From: a virus
DNA: 64,000 bases
Strand: one strand, 5' to 3'
Virus record (IMG/VR): IMGVR_UViG_3300036668_000172
Span: 19,750-83,749 of that record
This document shows, piece after piece, positions 10,187 through 18,510 of the stretch (position 1 is the stretch's first letter; every line of letters begins with the position of its first letter). Below the pieces are notes generated by a model that did no database searches, had not been told where the DNA came from, and worked only from the letters and a program-made list of their open reading frames with translations. The translations under genes and the position numbers were made by a program.

Positions 10187-11020
10187 CTATTTTTGATACG
10201 GGTTCTTCCCCATCTTTGCTGCGGGGTTCTTTCCTCTATTAGCGCTTGGATTTTTGGCAGATGACACACGCTTCTGAGAGCTTGTAGACACGTAGTTAGC
10301 TGTTCTAATCTTACGGTCTCCTACCTGTATAGACCTAGTCCTACCAACTACAGATGCGCTTGACGCAGTCCTAGCTACTCGGTAAACCTGCCTCTGCAAT
10401 TCAACAGGGACTTCTGACAGGTCTGCAGGGCCGTGAGGGTATCCCAACAGTACGCCGTCGGAACCTTGGAACTGGTTCTTCCTGTTCAGCATTGGGCCTT
10501 TAGAGATAGAGCTTTTAAAGGTCTGCCAAGTTCCTGGAGGCACGTTGTAGTAATTGTAGAAGGTTCCATCGCGGAAGACAACGGTTAGTTTACCGCGTTG
10601 GTCTGCGTATGGCTTTGCCCTCTCACCTACATAGAGGTAGTAGCCAGCAGCTAAGGTCCTTGGACGAGAAGCATTGCTCGTCGAAGTTGGTATGTTTAAG
10701 TTTTCTGGATTAACAGGGGTTAAGCGGTCACCAAAGAAGTTGGTCTCTTCATCAAAGACGTCCATCCCATATGCTGATGAGTCATTCCCATTAAATACTT
10801 GCCCACCATAGTTAGGGTCTTCACGGTATGCATCTGCTTGAAACTCTGAGTAACGGTCTCTAATCGGCTTGCCAGTAGCGGGGTCAACTTGAGTTTGCCC
10901 ATCTATTTGACGAACTGGGTTTGTAGTGGGTAGCTGGCTCAGCCTAGGGACTACATAGTCCCCCGTAATTTCCGTAAGGCGATTACGTAGTTGATTACGT
11001 AGTTCTTTATCGGCAGCCAT
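10187..11020 (-). CDS. KTSC domain-containing protein, probably leaderless
   Basis: GYY...LTVVFRDGTFYNYYNVP...F.SSISKG matches KTSC; TATACT 6 nt before ATG. Confidence 0.75.
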   Translation of the reverse strand: MAADKELRNQLRNRLTEITGDYVVPRLSQLPTTNPVRQIDGQTQVDPATGKPIRDRYSEFQADAYREDPNYGGQVFNGNDSSAYGMDVFDEETNFFGDRLTPVNPENLNIPTSTSNASRPRTLAAGYYLYVGERAKPYADQRGKLTVVFRDGTFYNYYNVPPGTWQTFKSSISKGPMLNRKNQFQGSDGVLLGYPHGPADLSEVPVELQRQVYRVARTASSASVVGRTRSIQVGDRKIRTANYVSTSSQKRVSSAKNPSANRGKNPAAKMGKNPYQK

Positions 11021-11034
11021 GACCCCAGTATAAA

Positions 11035-11072
11035 GTTAACCCCCGCCCATGTAAGTATGAGCGGGGGTTAAC
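11035..11072 (-). terminator. Intrinsic terminator-like hairpin
   Basis: GTTAACCCCCGCTCAT/ATGGGCGGGGGTTAAC followed by TTTAT. Confidence 0.7.
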
Positions 11073-11084
11073 TATTACTTTTGC

Positions 11085-11729
11085 TTAGCTAGCGTAGTAA
11101 GGGGTGATGGTGATTGCGTCACCTTCAATTACACCATTGGCAGCTGGTGCGACGCTCTGGGTGACAATCTTGCCAGCCTTAGCGACGACCTTGGCGGTGC
11201 CAGTATCTGGGTCACTTGCAACGTCAGCATTGGTCTTAGCAAATACCAAGGTAGAACCAGTGGTTCCAGTAATCAGCGTGAAAGTACCGTTGAATACAAC
11301 GTTAGTCAGGCCAGCGATGACTACTGAGTCACCAACTGCAAAGCCGTGGGCTGCTGCAGTAGTTAGGGTAGCTACGTTGCTGGTTAGAGCTACATTGCTA
11401 ACTGCTGGGGTGTAAGCAGCTGCGGTAGTGATGTCGGCGGTCAAGTAACCAGCGTCAATCAAAGACCGACGTGCAGCCGCGACTGTAAGTCCAAGTACGC
11501 TAGGTACAAGGAGGTTGCCTAGACCTTCACCTGGATAGTTAGGGGTATATAGAGGGAACCCATTCCAACCAGAAATCATCAATGCGTGATTATCTAGGTC
11601 TGGGTCCAGCAGCTCTCCGCCGTTCTCAAGACGAACGTCGTTGGGCTGAGGGGGCAGGTTGCCCCATACATGGTCTATGACAACGTTTCCAGCGTCATCA
11701 ACAAGATTACCATTTTCGTTTGTTGCCAT
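11085..11729 (-). CDS. PASTA-like domain protein with inserted beta module, putative virion decoration
   Basis: VPSVLGLTVAAARRSLIDAG ... GKIVTQS flanking a TAAAHGFAVGDSVVIAG module. Confidence 0.55.
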   Translation of the reverse strand: MATNENGNLVDDAGNVVIDHVWGNLPPQPNDVRLENGGELLDPDLDNHALMISGWNGFPLYTPNYPGEGLGNLLVPSVLGLTVAAARRSLIDAGYLTADITTAAAYTPAVSNVALTSNVATLTTAAAHGFAVGDSVVIAGLTNVVFNGTFTLITGTTGSTLVFAKTNADVASDPDTGTAKVVAKAGKIVTQSVAPAANGVIEGDAITITPYYAS

Positions 11730-11965
11730 TAGTTTTCTTCCTCACATTCATGAATGGATAGTTCATCCTCGTATAGGATGTCCCCACAGTCTTTACAACG
11801 GAACATACGTACGTCATCTAGTGCTTCATGCAAAGAATCGGAATGTAAGTCCTCTTGTACCACCCTTGTTTGCGCAAGAACCTCGGGTGGAAAAGGTCCG
11901 TGGGGCCTATATACTGTACTAGGGATAGCGTGTCCCTGTATGGCAAACTTTCTAACTAGTCCCAT
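11729..11965 (-). CDS. Small Zn-finger protein
   Basis: CKDC...HEC; coupled to neighbours. Confidence 0.6.
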   Translation of the reverse strand: MGLVRKFAIQGHAIPSTVYRPHGPFPPEVLAQTRVVQEDLHSDSLHEALDDVRMFRCKDCGDILYEDELSIHECEEEN

Positions 11966-12204
11966 TACTCCTCCGTTGGAGTGGAAACTTCTTCTAAAGA
12001 CTCCTCTTTAGGCACAGCAACTTCAGCCTTTTTCTTCTTACTTACTTTAGGGGTCACTACTTCAGGTGTGTACACCTTCAGCATTAGCCTTCCCGTTTTA
12101 GTTTTTAGGAAGCCAGGTACGTGACCTGCGCAAAATAGCATTGAGCTCAATGGCCCAGTTGCATACTCGTATTGAGCGTCTAAGGTACATGCAGCACATT
12201 TCAT
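11965..12204 (-). CDS. Small Zn-binding protein
   Basis: CAAC...FCAGH. Confidence 0.6.
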   Translation of the reverse strand: MKCAACTLDAQYEYATGPLSSMLFCAGHVPGFLKTKTGRLMLKVYTPEVVTPKVSKKKKAEVAVPKEESLEEVSTPTEE

Positions 12205-12206
12205 AT

Positions 12207-12776
12207 TTAATCTCCGTATTGTTCTTGAGCATCTTTATTTAGCTGTGGGCTAGGAAACATAATTGGTTTTGGGCGCTTGTTGATAGGTAATAGAACCCCA
12301 TCTTTATCCGTGTTTTTAACAGGGGACTTGATAGCTGCTGGTTTAGCAGAGGCTTTAGCTGGCGGGGATTTTACTGCAGACGTTTTCGCAGTAGCTGCCC
12401 TCATAGGTGCTGCGCGAGGAGTGGCCTTCTCCTTAGCTTTTTGAGCAGAAGTATTCTGTTTTTCTTTTTCAGTTTGCTGGCGTGCCTTCTCTACCGAGAC
12501 AACTCCCCTGGCGCGTTCTTTAGCCAGAGCCCGAGCTCCTGTGGAGCGGGCGTTAGACATCTCTGTGGCCTTACTTACCTTATCTGCATGGCCTTCTTCA
12601 AAGGCCGTCTTCTTTGCGCTAGCTCTGTCAACAGCTGCCTGAGCCTTTTCTTCAGCTTTTAAAGGGGCGGCCTTGACTTTACCATAAAACTGCACGGCGC
12701 TATTAACTCTTTTACCCAAGCCTCCAGCTATCTTGCTGGCTGCTCCCTCGTTAAAAGTGTAAGGGGATTTAATCAT
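12207..12776 (-). CDS. Lys/Ala-rich basic protein
   Basis: Low-complexity AK/PA-rich sequence, 189 aa. Confidence 0.65.
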   Translation of the reverse strand: MIKSPYTFNEGAASKIAGGLGKRVNSAVQFYGKVKAAPLKAEEKAQAAVDRASAKKTAFEEGHADKVSKATEMSNARSTGARALAKERARGVVSVEKARQQTEKEKQNTSAQKAKEKATPRAAPMRAATAKTSAVKSPPAKASAKPAAIKSPVKNTDKDGVLLPINKRPKPIMFPSPQLNKDAQEQYGD

Positions 12777-13126
12777 AACGCGTCTTCTTCTAGCTTAGCA
12801 ATGCGCTTTTCTAGCAATTGAAACTTTTTGTCACCTTTTTCAATTCTATCTTCAATGCGGTCTACCGCATCCTTAAGGGAGCTTCCTCCATTATTAGATA
12901 ACTGACCGTCAATCTTATTAAGTCTTTCCATAACTCCAGGGTCTCCGTCCCTACCGTCACGGCCCCTGGTCCCTGCCCAATCCACCATAAAGTTCTCCCA
13001 CGCGGCCATCGCGGCGAAGAGCCTTTTAAAAATGGGACTGACTAGTTGCTTAATAGCAAACACAGCACCTACTACCACAGTGATGCTGGCAGCGAGGGTT
13101 AGGATTAAAGTCATTTCTGAAGACAT
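12773..13126 (-). CDS. Membrane protein of the lysis region
   Basis: N-terminal TM helix, NNGGSSLKDAVDRIE motif, coiled-coil C-terminus. Confidence 0.7.
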   Translation of the reverse strand: MSSEMTLILTLAASITVVVGAVFAIKQLVSPIFKRLFAAMAAWENFMVDWAGTRGRDGRDGDPGVMERLNKIDGQLSNNGGSSLKDAVDRIEDRIEKGDKKFQLLEKRIAKLEEDAL

Positions 13127-13211
13127 TTATAAACAGGTCCTAAGGTAAGTTGCAGGTATCTACTATTGTGAAGTATGATAGCTGATACCGCACACGATAC
13201 TCGGAGAACTT

Positions 13212-13400
13212 ATGCAGACCCTTCTTATTCTATTCATCATCTTTGTAGTCTTTTGCACATTCTTTATGTTGTTTTTGCAGTGGCTGTCCCAAGGCTCAAA
13301 GGACCCATTTGCCAAAAAGCTACGCACTATCGGATGGATAGGCGTAGCTCTAGGTTATGTGGCTATCTCATTGGGCCTTTTCGTATTGCCCATCTTTTAG
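13212..13400 (+). CDS. Small two-TM membrane protein, antisense to the surrounding operon
   Basis: SD GGAG, two hydrophobic helices, fills an intergenic gap. Confidence 0.6.
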   Translation: MQTLLILFIIFVVFCTFFMLFLQWLSQGSKDPFAKKLRTIGWIGVALGYVAISLGLFVLPIF

Positions 13401-13581
13401 TATTTGGTCCTCCACTAATAGATTCTCCAGCAGCACCTCTGCCTGGTGAAGCCCAGCTAATTATGCTTGGTTTTTCGTTTGATTTAGGCCACTGATTTCC
13501 CAACATAGGGGAAACAGGTCTAGGAGTAATGACCTGCTTATTAGGGACTAGTTGCTTACGGGGAAGCATAAAGGGTGCCAC
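13363..13581 (-). CDS. Hypothetical basic protein
   Basis: 72 aa after the holin. Confidence 0.5.
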   Translation of the reverse strand: MAPFMLPRKQLVPNKQVITPRPVSPMLGNQWPKSNEKPSIISWASPGRGAAGESISGGPNTKRWAIRKGPMR

Positions 13582-13590
13582 GAGATGTTT

Positions 13591-13797
13591 CTAGTCTTCT
13601 TTAGGGCTAGTTACAGCGATGATAGAAGTTAGCACTGATAGTAGGGCTGCTCCACCAGAGATGCTTATTAGGGTTACGTAGTCAATAGCTAGCAATCCGA
13701 TACTGCCAGTTCCTAGTACAGCCACTGCGGCCTGTGCAAATGTTTTTACGGCGCGTTCTCCCGCAAAACTCCAGAACTTCTTAGTCAGAATAGTCAT
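13591..13797 (-). CDS. Holin (r1t-like)
   Basis: FW...ERAVKTFAQ...LLSVLTSI signature. Confidence 0.88.
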   Translation of the reverse strand: MTILTKKFWSFAGERAVKTFAQAAVAVLGTGSIGLLAIDYVTLISISGGAALLSVLTSIIAVTSPKED

Positions 13798-14084
13798 TAT
13801 GGCTCCATTTCATTGTTATTGGGTTTGTATAGTTTTACATCTTCAAGTGTAGCAATCGCTGTGTAAGCGGTCAATATAATGCTGATAAGAGATACTCCGC
13901 CTGTAATAAGGGCGACACCTACACCGTACATGTCGTTTAGAAAAGTGAAGCCCCCAAGTATAACCATGGCAAAGCCTAGGCGGTAGGCTCCAAAGATTAG
14001 AGTTCTACGAAATTTCCAGCTAGGGCCTTGCGGTGCCTCAGACTCTTCCTTTAAGAAGAACAATGCATTTATTATAGATTTCAT
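13797..14084 (-). CDS. Two-TM membrane protein of the lysis cassette
   Basis: Two hydrophobic helices; ATGA overlap with the endolysin gene. Confidence 0.65.
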   Translation of the reverse strand: MKSIINALFFLKEESEAPQGPSWKFRRTLIFGAYRLGFAMVILGGFTFLNDMYGVGVALITGGVSLISIILTAYTAIATLEDVKLYKPNNNEMEP

Positions 14085-14617
14085 AGCTCTCTCTTGCAAC
14101 AAGGGCAAATCTCTACAAGATTAGCCTCGATAAGCTTCTTAAGGTCCACCTTCGCAGACGTTGCTCCAAAGACACCTTTTAGGGTCCTAGACGCGGTTCC
14201 ATGGAGATGGGGCCCTGAACTTCCAGAGCCCGTGTTACCGATGTAAGCCATAAGTTGCCCAGCTTCAACCTTTGTGCCTACCGTTTTGTTTATAGGAGCA
14301 TGAGGCCCCTCAACTCGGGGTCCTCTACAATTCATCCCGTGGTTATTGCAAGAAATGTGGGAGTATCCTAGATACCATACCTTCTTGTCTTTAGCCATAG
14401 CGGTTTGGACAATAACCCAGCCAAGGACATCAGACCACTGGATAAGCTTTATAGTTCCTGCAGCAATAGATGATATTCCAGTTCTACCCTTATTAGAGCC
14501 AGAAGGGGCCCAGTCTGTACCTGAGTGAGGTTGCATGTTGTTCTGCCGACGAAAGGCAGACATAGTCCCGTATTCACCTGTAACGGCGCTTTCGGGGAAC
14601 GGCATTAGCCAAGACAT
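14081..14617 (-). CDS. M23 family peptidase, putative endolysin
   Basis: HSGTD, YSH and GNTGSGSSGPHLH zinc-binding motifs; next to the holin. Confidence 0.88.
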   Translation of the reverse strand: MSWLMPFPESAVTGEYGTMSAFRRQNNMQPHSGTDWAPSGSNKGRTGISSIAAGTIKLIQWSDVLGWVIVQTAMAKDKKVWYLGYSHISCNNHGMNCRGPRVEGPHAPINKTVGTKVEAGQLMAYIGNTGSGSSGPHLHGTASRTLKGVFGATSAKVDLKKLIEANLVEICPCCKREL

Positions 14618-14647
14618 AGTTCTCCTAAGTAATTTACGTGTACTACC

Positions 14648-14683
14648 ATTGTGACTTACTTAGGGTCCGATGTCGGCGTAAAC
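14648..14683 (-). promoter_or_regulatory. Putative bipartite late-type promoter (GTTTAC-N24-CACAAT)
   Basis: Motif copy upstream of the lysis genes. Confidence 0.6.
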
Positions 14684-14707
14684 TTTGGGGTAGCTAGTTG
14701 CTGGGAC

Positions 14708-15037
14708 TCACATCCCAGAGCCGCCACCGTCTCCTCCGCCATCAGCACCGTCTCCTGGTGCTCCTCCGATAGCGTCTGCGGCGCGGTCTCCTGCCGATGT
14801 GTCTCCAGGAGTTCCCTGCATAGAAGTGTTTGAGCCCGTGCTCATAGCTGCATAGTTATTTGCACCTGCGTACATGACTGGGTAGCCGTGCCAAAAAGGT
14901 GAGCCTGGAACCGCAGGTCCCCGAGTGCTGCCCCCAAAAGAGCTCTCCCTAGCTGCTGCTACTTGGTCTACACCTGGGACCATGTTGAACTCCCTTAGGT
15001 AGGGAGCCATCTGGCTCTTTTCGTATTCAGGAAGCAT
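14708..15037 (-). CDS. Hypothetical Gly-rich protein
   Basis: SD GAGG; Gly/Asp tail. Confidence 0.6.
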   Translation of the reverse strand: MLPEYEKSQMAPYLREFNMVPGVDQVAAARESSFGGSTRGPAVPGSPFWHGYPVMYAGANNYAAMSTGSNTSMQGTPGDTSAGDRAADAIGGAPGDGADGGGDGGGSGM

Positions 15038-15039
15038 TG

Positions 15040-15222
15040 TTACCTCTTTTTTTTCTTAGGTTGTCTTTGGGTTAGGCTGGAGCTTGTAGCAATCTTTTTA
15101 GAAGGAACCTTCTTTGCCCGTGCGGTTCCTGGCCCTAGCTTGGTAGCAACTACCATGTGCTCTAATTCTCCTGGGGCAGGCTTACCTTTACGTAGCTCGT
15201 TGCCGCTTAAGGGTCTAGTCAT
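15040..15222 (-). CDS. Small basic protein
   Basis: 60 aa, K/R-rich. Confidence 0.6.
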   Translation of the reverse strand: MTRPLSGNELRKGKPAPGELEHMVVATKLGPGTARAKKVPSKKIATSSSLTQRQPKKKKR

Positions 15223-15371
15223 TTTTCCTCTTCATCTGAGAAGACCTCAACTTCGTATTCACTCTCGTCAAACAAGGAGTAAAGTAGGTCTTCGTCTAGC
15301 TCTTCGCCATCAAAATAGACATCATCCGCTGTATCAGCGTCGTAAGGGTCTATAGGTCCGTACCAGGTCAC
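15219..15371 (-). CDS. Very acidic 50-aa protein (not in ORF track)
   Basis: GTG start; MTWYGPIDPYDADTADDVYFDGEELDEDLLYSLFDESEYEVEVFSDEEEK; ATGA overlap with the next gene. Confidence 0.55.
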   Translation of the reverse strand: MTWYGPIDPYDADTADDVYFDGEELDEDLLYSLFDESEYEVEVFSDEEEK

Positions 15372-15412
15372 ATAAATAGTGTGCCACAGATTGTTTGTGT
15401 TGGTGTTCTAAG

Positions 15413-15486
15413 CTCCCCTTCCTGGACTTGAACCAAGAACCTACGAGTTAACAGCTCGCCGCTCTGCCGAATTGAGCTAAAGGGGA
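15413..15486 (-). tRNA. tRNA-Asn (GTT), CCA not encoded
   Basis: TCCCCTT/AAGGGGA acceptor, GCTC/GAGC D stem, GCGAG-CTGTTAA-CTCGT anticodon arm, GGTTCAAGTCC T arm. Confidence 0.95.
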
Positions 15487-15492
15487 AAGGCT

Positions 15493-15591
15493 TTAAGCTT
15501 TTACTAGCTTCCTTTTAACTGAGTCAAAGGTCTTTGGGTGCTTCTTAGAAGATTTCCCATTGTTTCTTTTATCGTTACTTGTTTTAGCCAT
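15493..15591 (-). CDS. 32-aa basic peptide (not in ORF track)
   Basis: MAKTSNDKRNNGKSSKKHPKTFDSVKRKLVKA, TAATG-coupled to the FmdB-like gene. Confidence 0.5.
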   Translation of the reverse strand: MAKTSNDKRNNGKSSKKHPKTFDSVKRKLVKA

Positions 15592-15758
15592 TAGCTTTTA
15601 CCCCATCCGCCACCCTTAAAGATGGCCGCGCCTAGTGAGAATTTCTTTCTCCGTGCAGTAGAGCACGTCATACAAATGATAGTTGGGGAATCACTGACAG
15701 GGTGGCTAATTTCAATAACACTTTTACAAGTTGCGCACTCGTAGTCATACACTGCCAT
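15591..15758 (-). CDS. FmdB-family zinc ribbon protein
   Basis: YDYECATC...CMTC...FKGGGW; SD AAAGGAG. Confidence 0.85.
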   Translation of the reverse strand: MAVYDYECATCKSVIEISHPVSDSPTIICMTCSTARRKKFSLGAAIFKGGGWGKS

Positions 15759-15772
15759 AGTTCTCCTTTGCA

Positions 15773-15847
15773 CGTGGGCTGTAGAGGAGTTGCACCTCTC
15801 ATGTGGTCAGAAAGGAAGTAAAGACCCCACACGGCTCTCGTCAGCCC
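15773..15847 (-). ncRNA. tRNA-like RNA with an anti-SD loop in place of the anticodon loop
   Basis: GGGCTG/CAGCCC acceptor-like stem, AGAGG-TGCAACT-CCTCT T arm, 3' ACG, inner stem with loop TTTACTTCCTTTCT. Confidence 0.65.
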
Positions 15848-15849
15848 TA

Positions 15850-15931
15850 AAACAGTGGCAAGTACAACCAGAAGTCGTAGTAGAAGATTTGGTTAGTTAT
15901 AATCGGATAACCGAAGTACTTGCCACTGTTT
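15850..15931. repeat. Perfect 16-bp inverted repeat enclosing 50 nt
   Basis: AAACAGTGGCAAGTAC (15850-15865) and GTACTTGCCACTGTTT (15916-15931). Confidence 0.85.
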
Positions 15932-15935
15932 AGTT

Positions 15936-16181
15936 TTAGACTAGTACTTCGTCAGCTCCGCCACTACGGTCTGACGCTGTACTGGGATTAGTATAGTCAA
16001 TAAAGTCTAACATTGCAGCAATCGAGTAATAAGACACGTCAAAGAAAGTAGAGGCTTGAGAAAGCAGGTCTACTGGGTGACTAACTTTCTCTAAACCGTA
16101 TACGTCTTCTAGGTACTGCAGCAGGGCTGGAGTAAACGCTTCTATGAAGTCTGCTGGTGCCATGCAAGGAAATTCATTCAT
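15936..16181 (-). CDS. Hypothetical protein
   Basis: In-operon ORF. Confidence 0.6.
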   Translation of the reverse strand: MNEFPCMAPADFIEAFTPALLQYLEDVYGLEKVSHPVDLLSQASTFFDVSYYSIAAMLDFIDYTNPSTASDRSGGADEVLV

Positions 16182-16184
16182 TAG

Positions 16185-16418
16185 TTATTCCGTCTCTAAA
16201 TGCCTATTAAACACAAGTCGCTCACGTTCATCAATGATTTGATACGCAAACTTCATTAGCTTTTCGTATGCTTCAGCATCGGTAGTGGTTTTGTTGTAGT
16301 GATGAGCGCAGAAAAGTAGCTCACCAATGTTTCCCACAGCCTTCACATAGGCCTGAGAGGAACACTCGAAGTCGCACCTGTCTAGGGGCGTAAGCGTCCA
16401 GACCACTGTTTCAGTCAT
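16185..16418 (-). CDS. Small actinobacterial-type Zn-finger protein
   Basis: LTPLDRCD..C...AYV...GELLFCAHH. Confidence 0.7.
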   Translation of the reverse strand: MTETVVWTLTPLDRCDFECSSQAYVKAVGNIGELLFCAHHYNKTTTDAEAYEKLMKFAYQIIDERERLVFNRHLETE

Positions 16419-16677
16419 CTTGTCCCTCTATAGAAACTATCTTGGTAGTTACCCACCATCCATCTTTACCGCCAATGTACATGTGCTTGCCTACTTGCAC
16501 TGGTAGCCTTTTGTGCGCATCTTCTTCGCCAAACGCAGAGGGCAGTTCGTTGACTTTCATTCCTTCATAATTGTCAAAACAATACGCGTACCAGTGCTTG
16601 AATTGAAAAATTCCATTCTTGAAGCAATAGCCGTTTCTAAGGTCGTATATAGACCCAGTCTCAGTTGTAATTATCAT
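16411..16677 (-). CDS. Hypothetical protein
   Basis: TETGSIY...WVTTKIVSI; SD AGGA. Confidence 0.65.
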   Translation of the reverse strand: MIITTETGSIYDLRNGYCFKNGIFQFKHWYAYCFDNYEGMKVNELPSAFGEEDAHKRLPVQVGKHMYIGGKDGWWVTTKIVSIEGQDD

Positions 16678-16818
16678 CTGGTCTTCCTGTCACAGAAAAA
16701 TACGAACACCCTCTTGCCAATAATGATATCTAAGGTCGGTTGGGTTTTCACGTCATACAGGTTGATGCCGAATACATAGTGAGTCCCCAGAGAGCCAGAG
16801 TCTCTATAGCTTCTAAAC

Positions 16819-17073
16819 TTAATCACCGAATTTCTCCTTATAAGAGTTATCTAAAGCCTTTAAAGCTTTGCTGACGCAAATTTCTGCACCATCACCATAG
16901 CGATGTTTAAACTCTACACCGCGTTCTTCGTAGCCCTCTAGATACAGGGGGTCTTCACCAGTAGTAGCAATGTAGGTGTTCACATTACTAGGTGAAGTTC
17001 CGCCCTTTACTCTGGCTATGTGTATCTCAGTGAGCAGCTGTCTGTTTAATCTAATCTGGACGTGTAGTGGCAT
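16819..17073 (-). CDS. Hypothetical protein
   Basis: SD GAGG; FKHRYGDG motif. Confidence 0.65.
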   Translation of the reverse strand: MPLHVQIRLNRQLLTEIHIARVKGGTSPSNVNTYIATTGEDPLYLEGYEERGVEFKHRYGDGAEICVSKALKALDNSYKEKFGD

Positions 17074-17650
17074 CTTGACCTCTTCTCTTGGCTCCCATTA
17101 CTCCCCTTAGGTATTCAAAGCAATAGATGTGCATCAGTGAGTCCCATCCAGCATCGTGCTGATTCTCTGTACCAATCTTTTCAATGGCATAAGCCTTCGC
17201 GCGTTTCTTCCAAGTCGCAGCTTTTACGGGCATCCCGTGCTCCTCTTTATAGTCCAGAGCGAAGCATAGTGCGTTTAGGTCAACAGTTCTTCTTGAGAAG
17301 AGTGAGTAGGTTTTAGGCAGAGAGTCTTTCACAAAGGGCATGTCGAATGCGCCAACGTTGAAACCAACAGGAATAGTTTTACCCCTGCTGTTAGTATCGA
17401 CCCCTATTGCAATCAACCAATCGTAAACCTGACTGTCAACCTCATCTGGCAAAGGCGCACTTTGTAAAGACTCTAGTGTTATGCCGTGAACCTCAAAGGC
17501 GCGCTCTGACCACTGGCACTCACCTGGATTCATATTCATGGAGATTTGATACCCGTCCTCGGTGGATAGGCCAATCTGAATCAGCTTGCCACCTTCACTC
17601 AACTCACTAGAGGACATCTCTCCATCTAGTCCTAGGAATAGGTAACTCAT
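17051..17650 (-). CDS. DEDDh 3'-5' exonuclease
   Basis: ExoI LDGEMS, ExoII GFNVGAFD, ExoIII HDAGWD. Confidence 0.85.
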   Translation of the reverse strand: MSYLFLGLDGEMSSSELSEGGKLIQIGLSTEDGYQISMNMNPGECQWSERAFEVHGITLESLQSAPLPDEVDSQVYDWLIAIGVDTNSRGKTIPVGFNVGAFDMPFVKDSLPKTYSLFSRRTVDLNALCFALDYKEEHGMPVKAATWKKRAKAYAIEKIGTENQHDAGWDSLMHIYCFEYLRGVMGAKRRGQDATTRPD

Positions 17651-17686
17651 TTCTCTCCTTTATAAGTAAAAATGATTATTTGCGTT

Positions 17687-17953
17687 TTAGCTTATAAGTT
17701 CAATCTGCACTGAACACTCGCAGCCTATCAACGCTGTGTGATAGTCGCTGCAGTTTTCTGTTAGAACTTGGACAATCCGTCTTCGTTCTCCAAGCAGCGC
17801 CCTAGAGAGTTTAGTCTCTATGACCGCAATCAAAGCGTGCGGGGCGTCAAGCATGTCATTGACCCAATGGTTATCAAGGAACTCTTGCTCTTCTTGTAGC
17901 TCGTCTGCATCAAGTGAGCCTAGGTAATCCTCTTGCTTAGTCATCTCTCGCAC
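17687..17953 (-). CDS. Hypothetical protein (E..RI family)
   Basis: ERRRIVQVL motif shared with 18260, 47208 and 47611; true start possibly 17944. Confidence 0.6.
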   Translation of the reverse strand: MREMTKQEDYLGSLDADELQEEQEFLDNHWVNDMLDAPHALIAVIETKLSRALLGERRRIVQVLTENCSDYHTALIGCECSVQIELIS

Positions 17954-18267
17954 TCCATAATCATGTTGCGTACAGTGGCTTCATACTCTTTTTTCCACTC
18001 TGGAAAATCAGACAGTTGTTCAAAGATTTCGTTTAGCTCTTGCTCACGTTTTTCTGTGTCGTAAGAAACGCTCTTGCCTCCGTAGCAACCAACTCCGTAC
18101 CTAAACTCCCACTTGTTATCATCGTGAAAGTCTGGCATAAACTCCGCTTCATTCCATGAGCCACCGCAAACATCGCAGTCGGAATCGTCGCCCAAGCTCC
18201 AAGAGAGGTCTCTATCTTCTTCAGCCATCTCAACTGCAAAGTCTCGCTTTGTAGTTGGCTCAGTCAT
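17941..18267 (-). CDS. Hypothetical protein
   Basis: Coupled ORF with CxxC. Confidence 0.65.
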   Translation of the reverse strand: MTEPTTKRDFAVEMAEEDRDLSWSLGDDSDCDVCGGSWNEAEFMPDFHDDNKWEFRYGVGCYGGKSVSYDTEKREQELNEIFEQLSDFPEWKKEYEATVRNMIMECER

Positions 18268-18457
18268 CTTGTCCCTCTCTTATTAGTTTCTCTAGGTCTT
18301 TTGCGTAATAGGGGTCAGCTAGTGCCTCTAGGATGTCTCGCTTAGCTGCTTTATCCTTTATGAGCGCAATGATACGTTTCTGCTCTTCCTCAACTCCAGC
18401 TTCGTAACCCTTGAGAAAGGCAAAACTTATTTGTAATCCATCGTCTAGTTCACTCAC
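18260..18457 (-). CDS. Hypothetical protein (E..RI family)
   Basis: GYEAGVEEEQKRIIALI; SD AGGAG. Confidence 0.65.
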   Translation of the reverse strand: MSELDDGLQISFAFLKGYEAGVEEEQKRIIALIKDKAAKRDILEALADPYYAKDLEKLIREGQDD

Positions 18458-18510
18458 AGTGCACTCCTACCTATACCCTATACGCTTTTGTTGGTACTCA
18501 CTCTATCACT

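Noticed and set aside
15773-15847. tmRNA, cobalamin riboswitch or true tRNA
   Set aside because: It starts GGGCTGA and has a T-loop, but lacks a tag ORF, pseudoknots, CCA, B12 box, D stem and 7-nt anticodon loop
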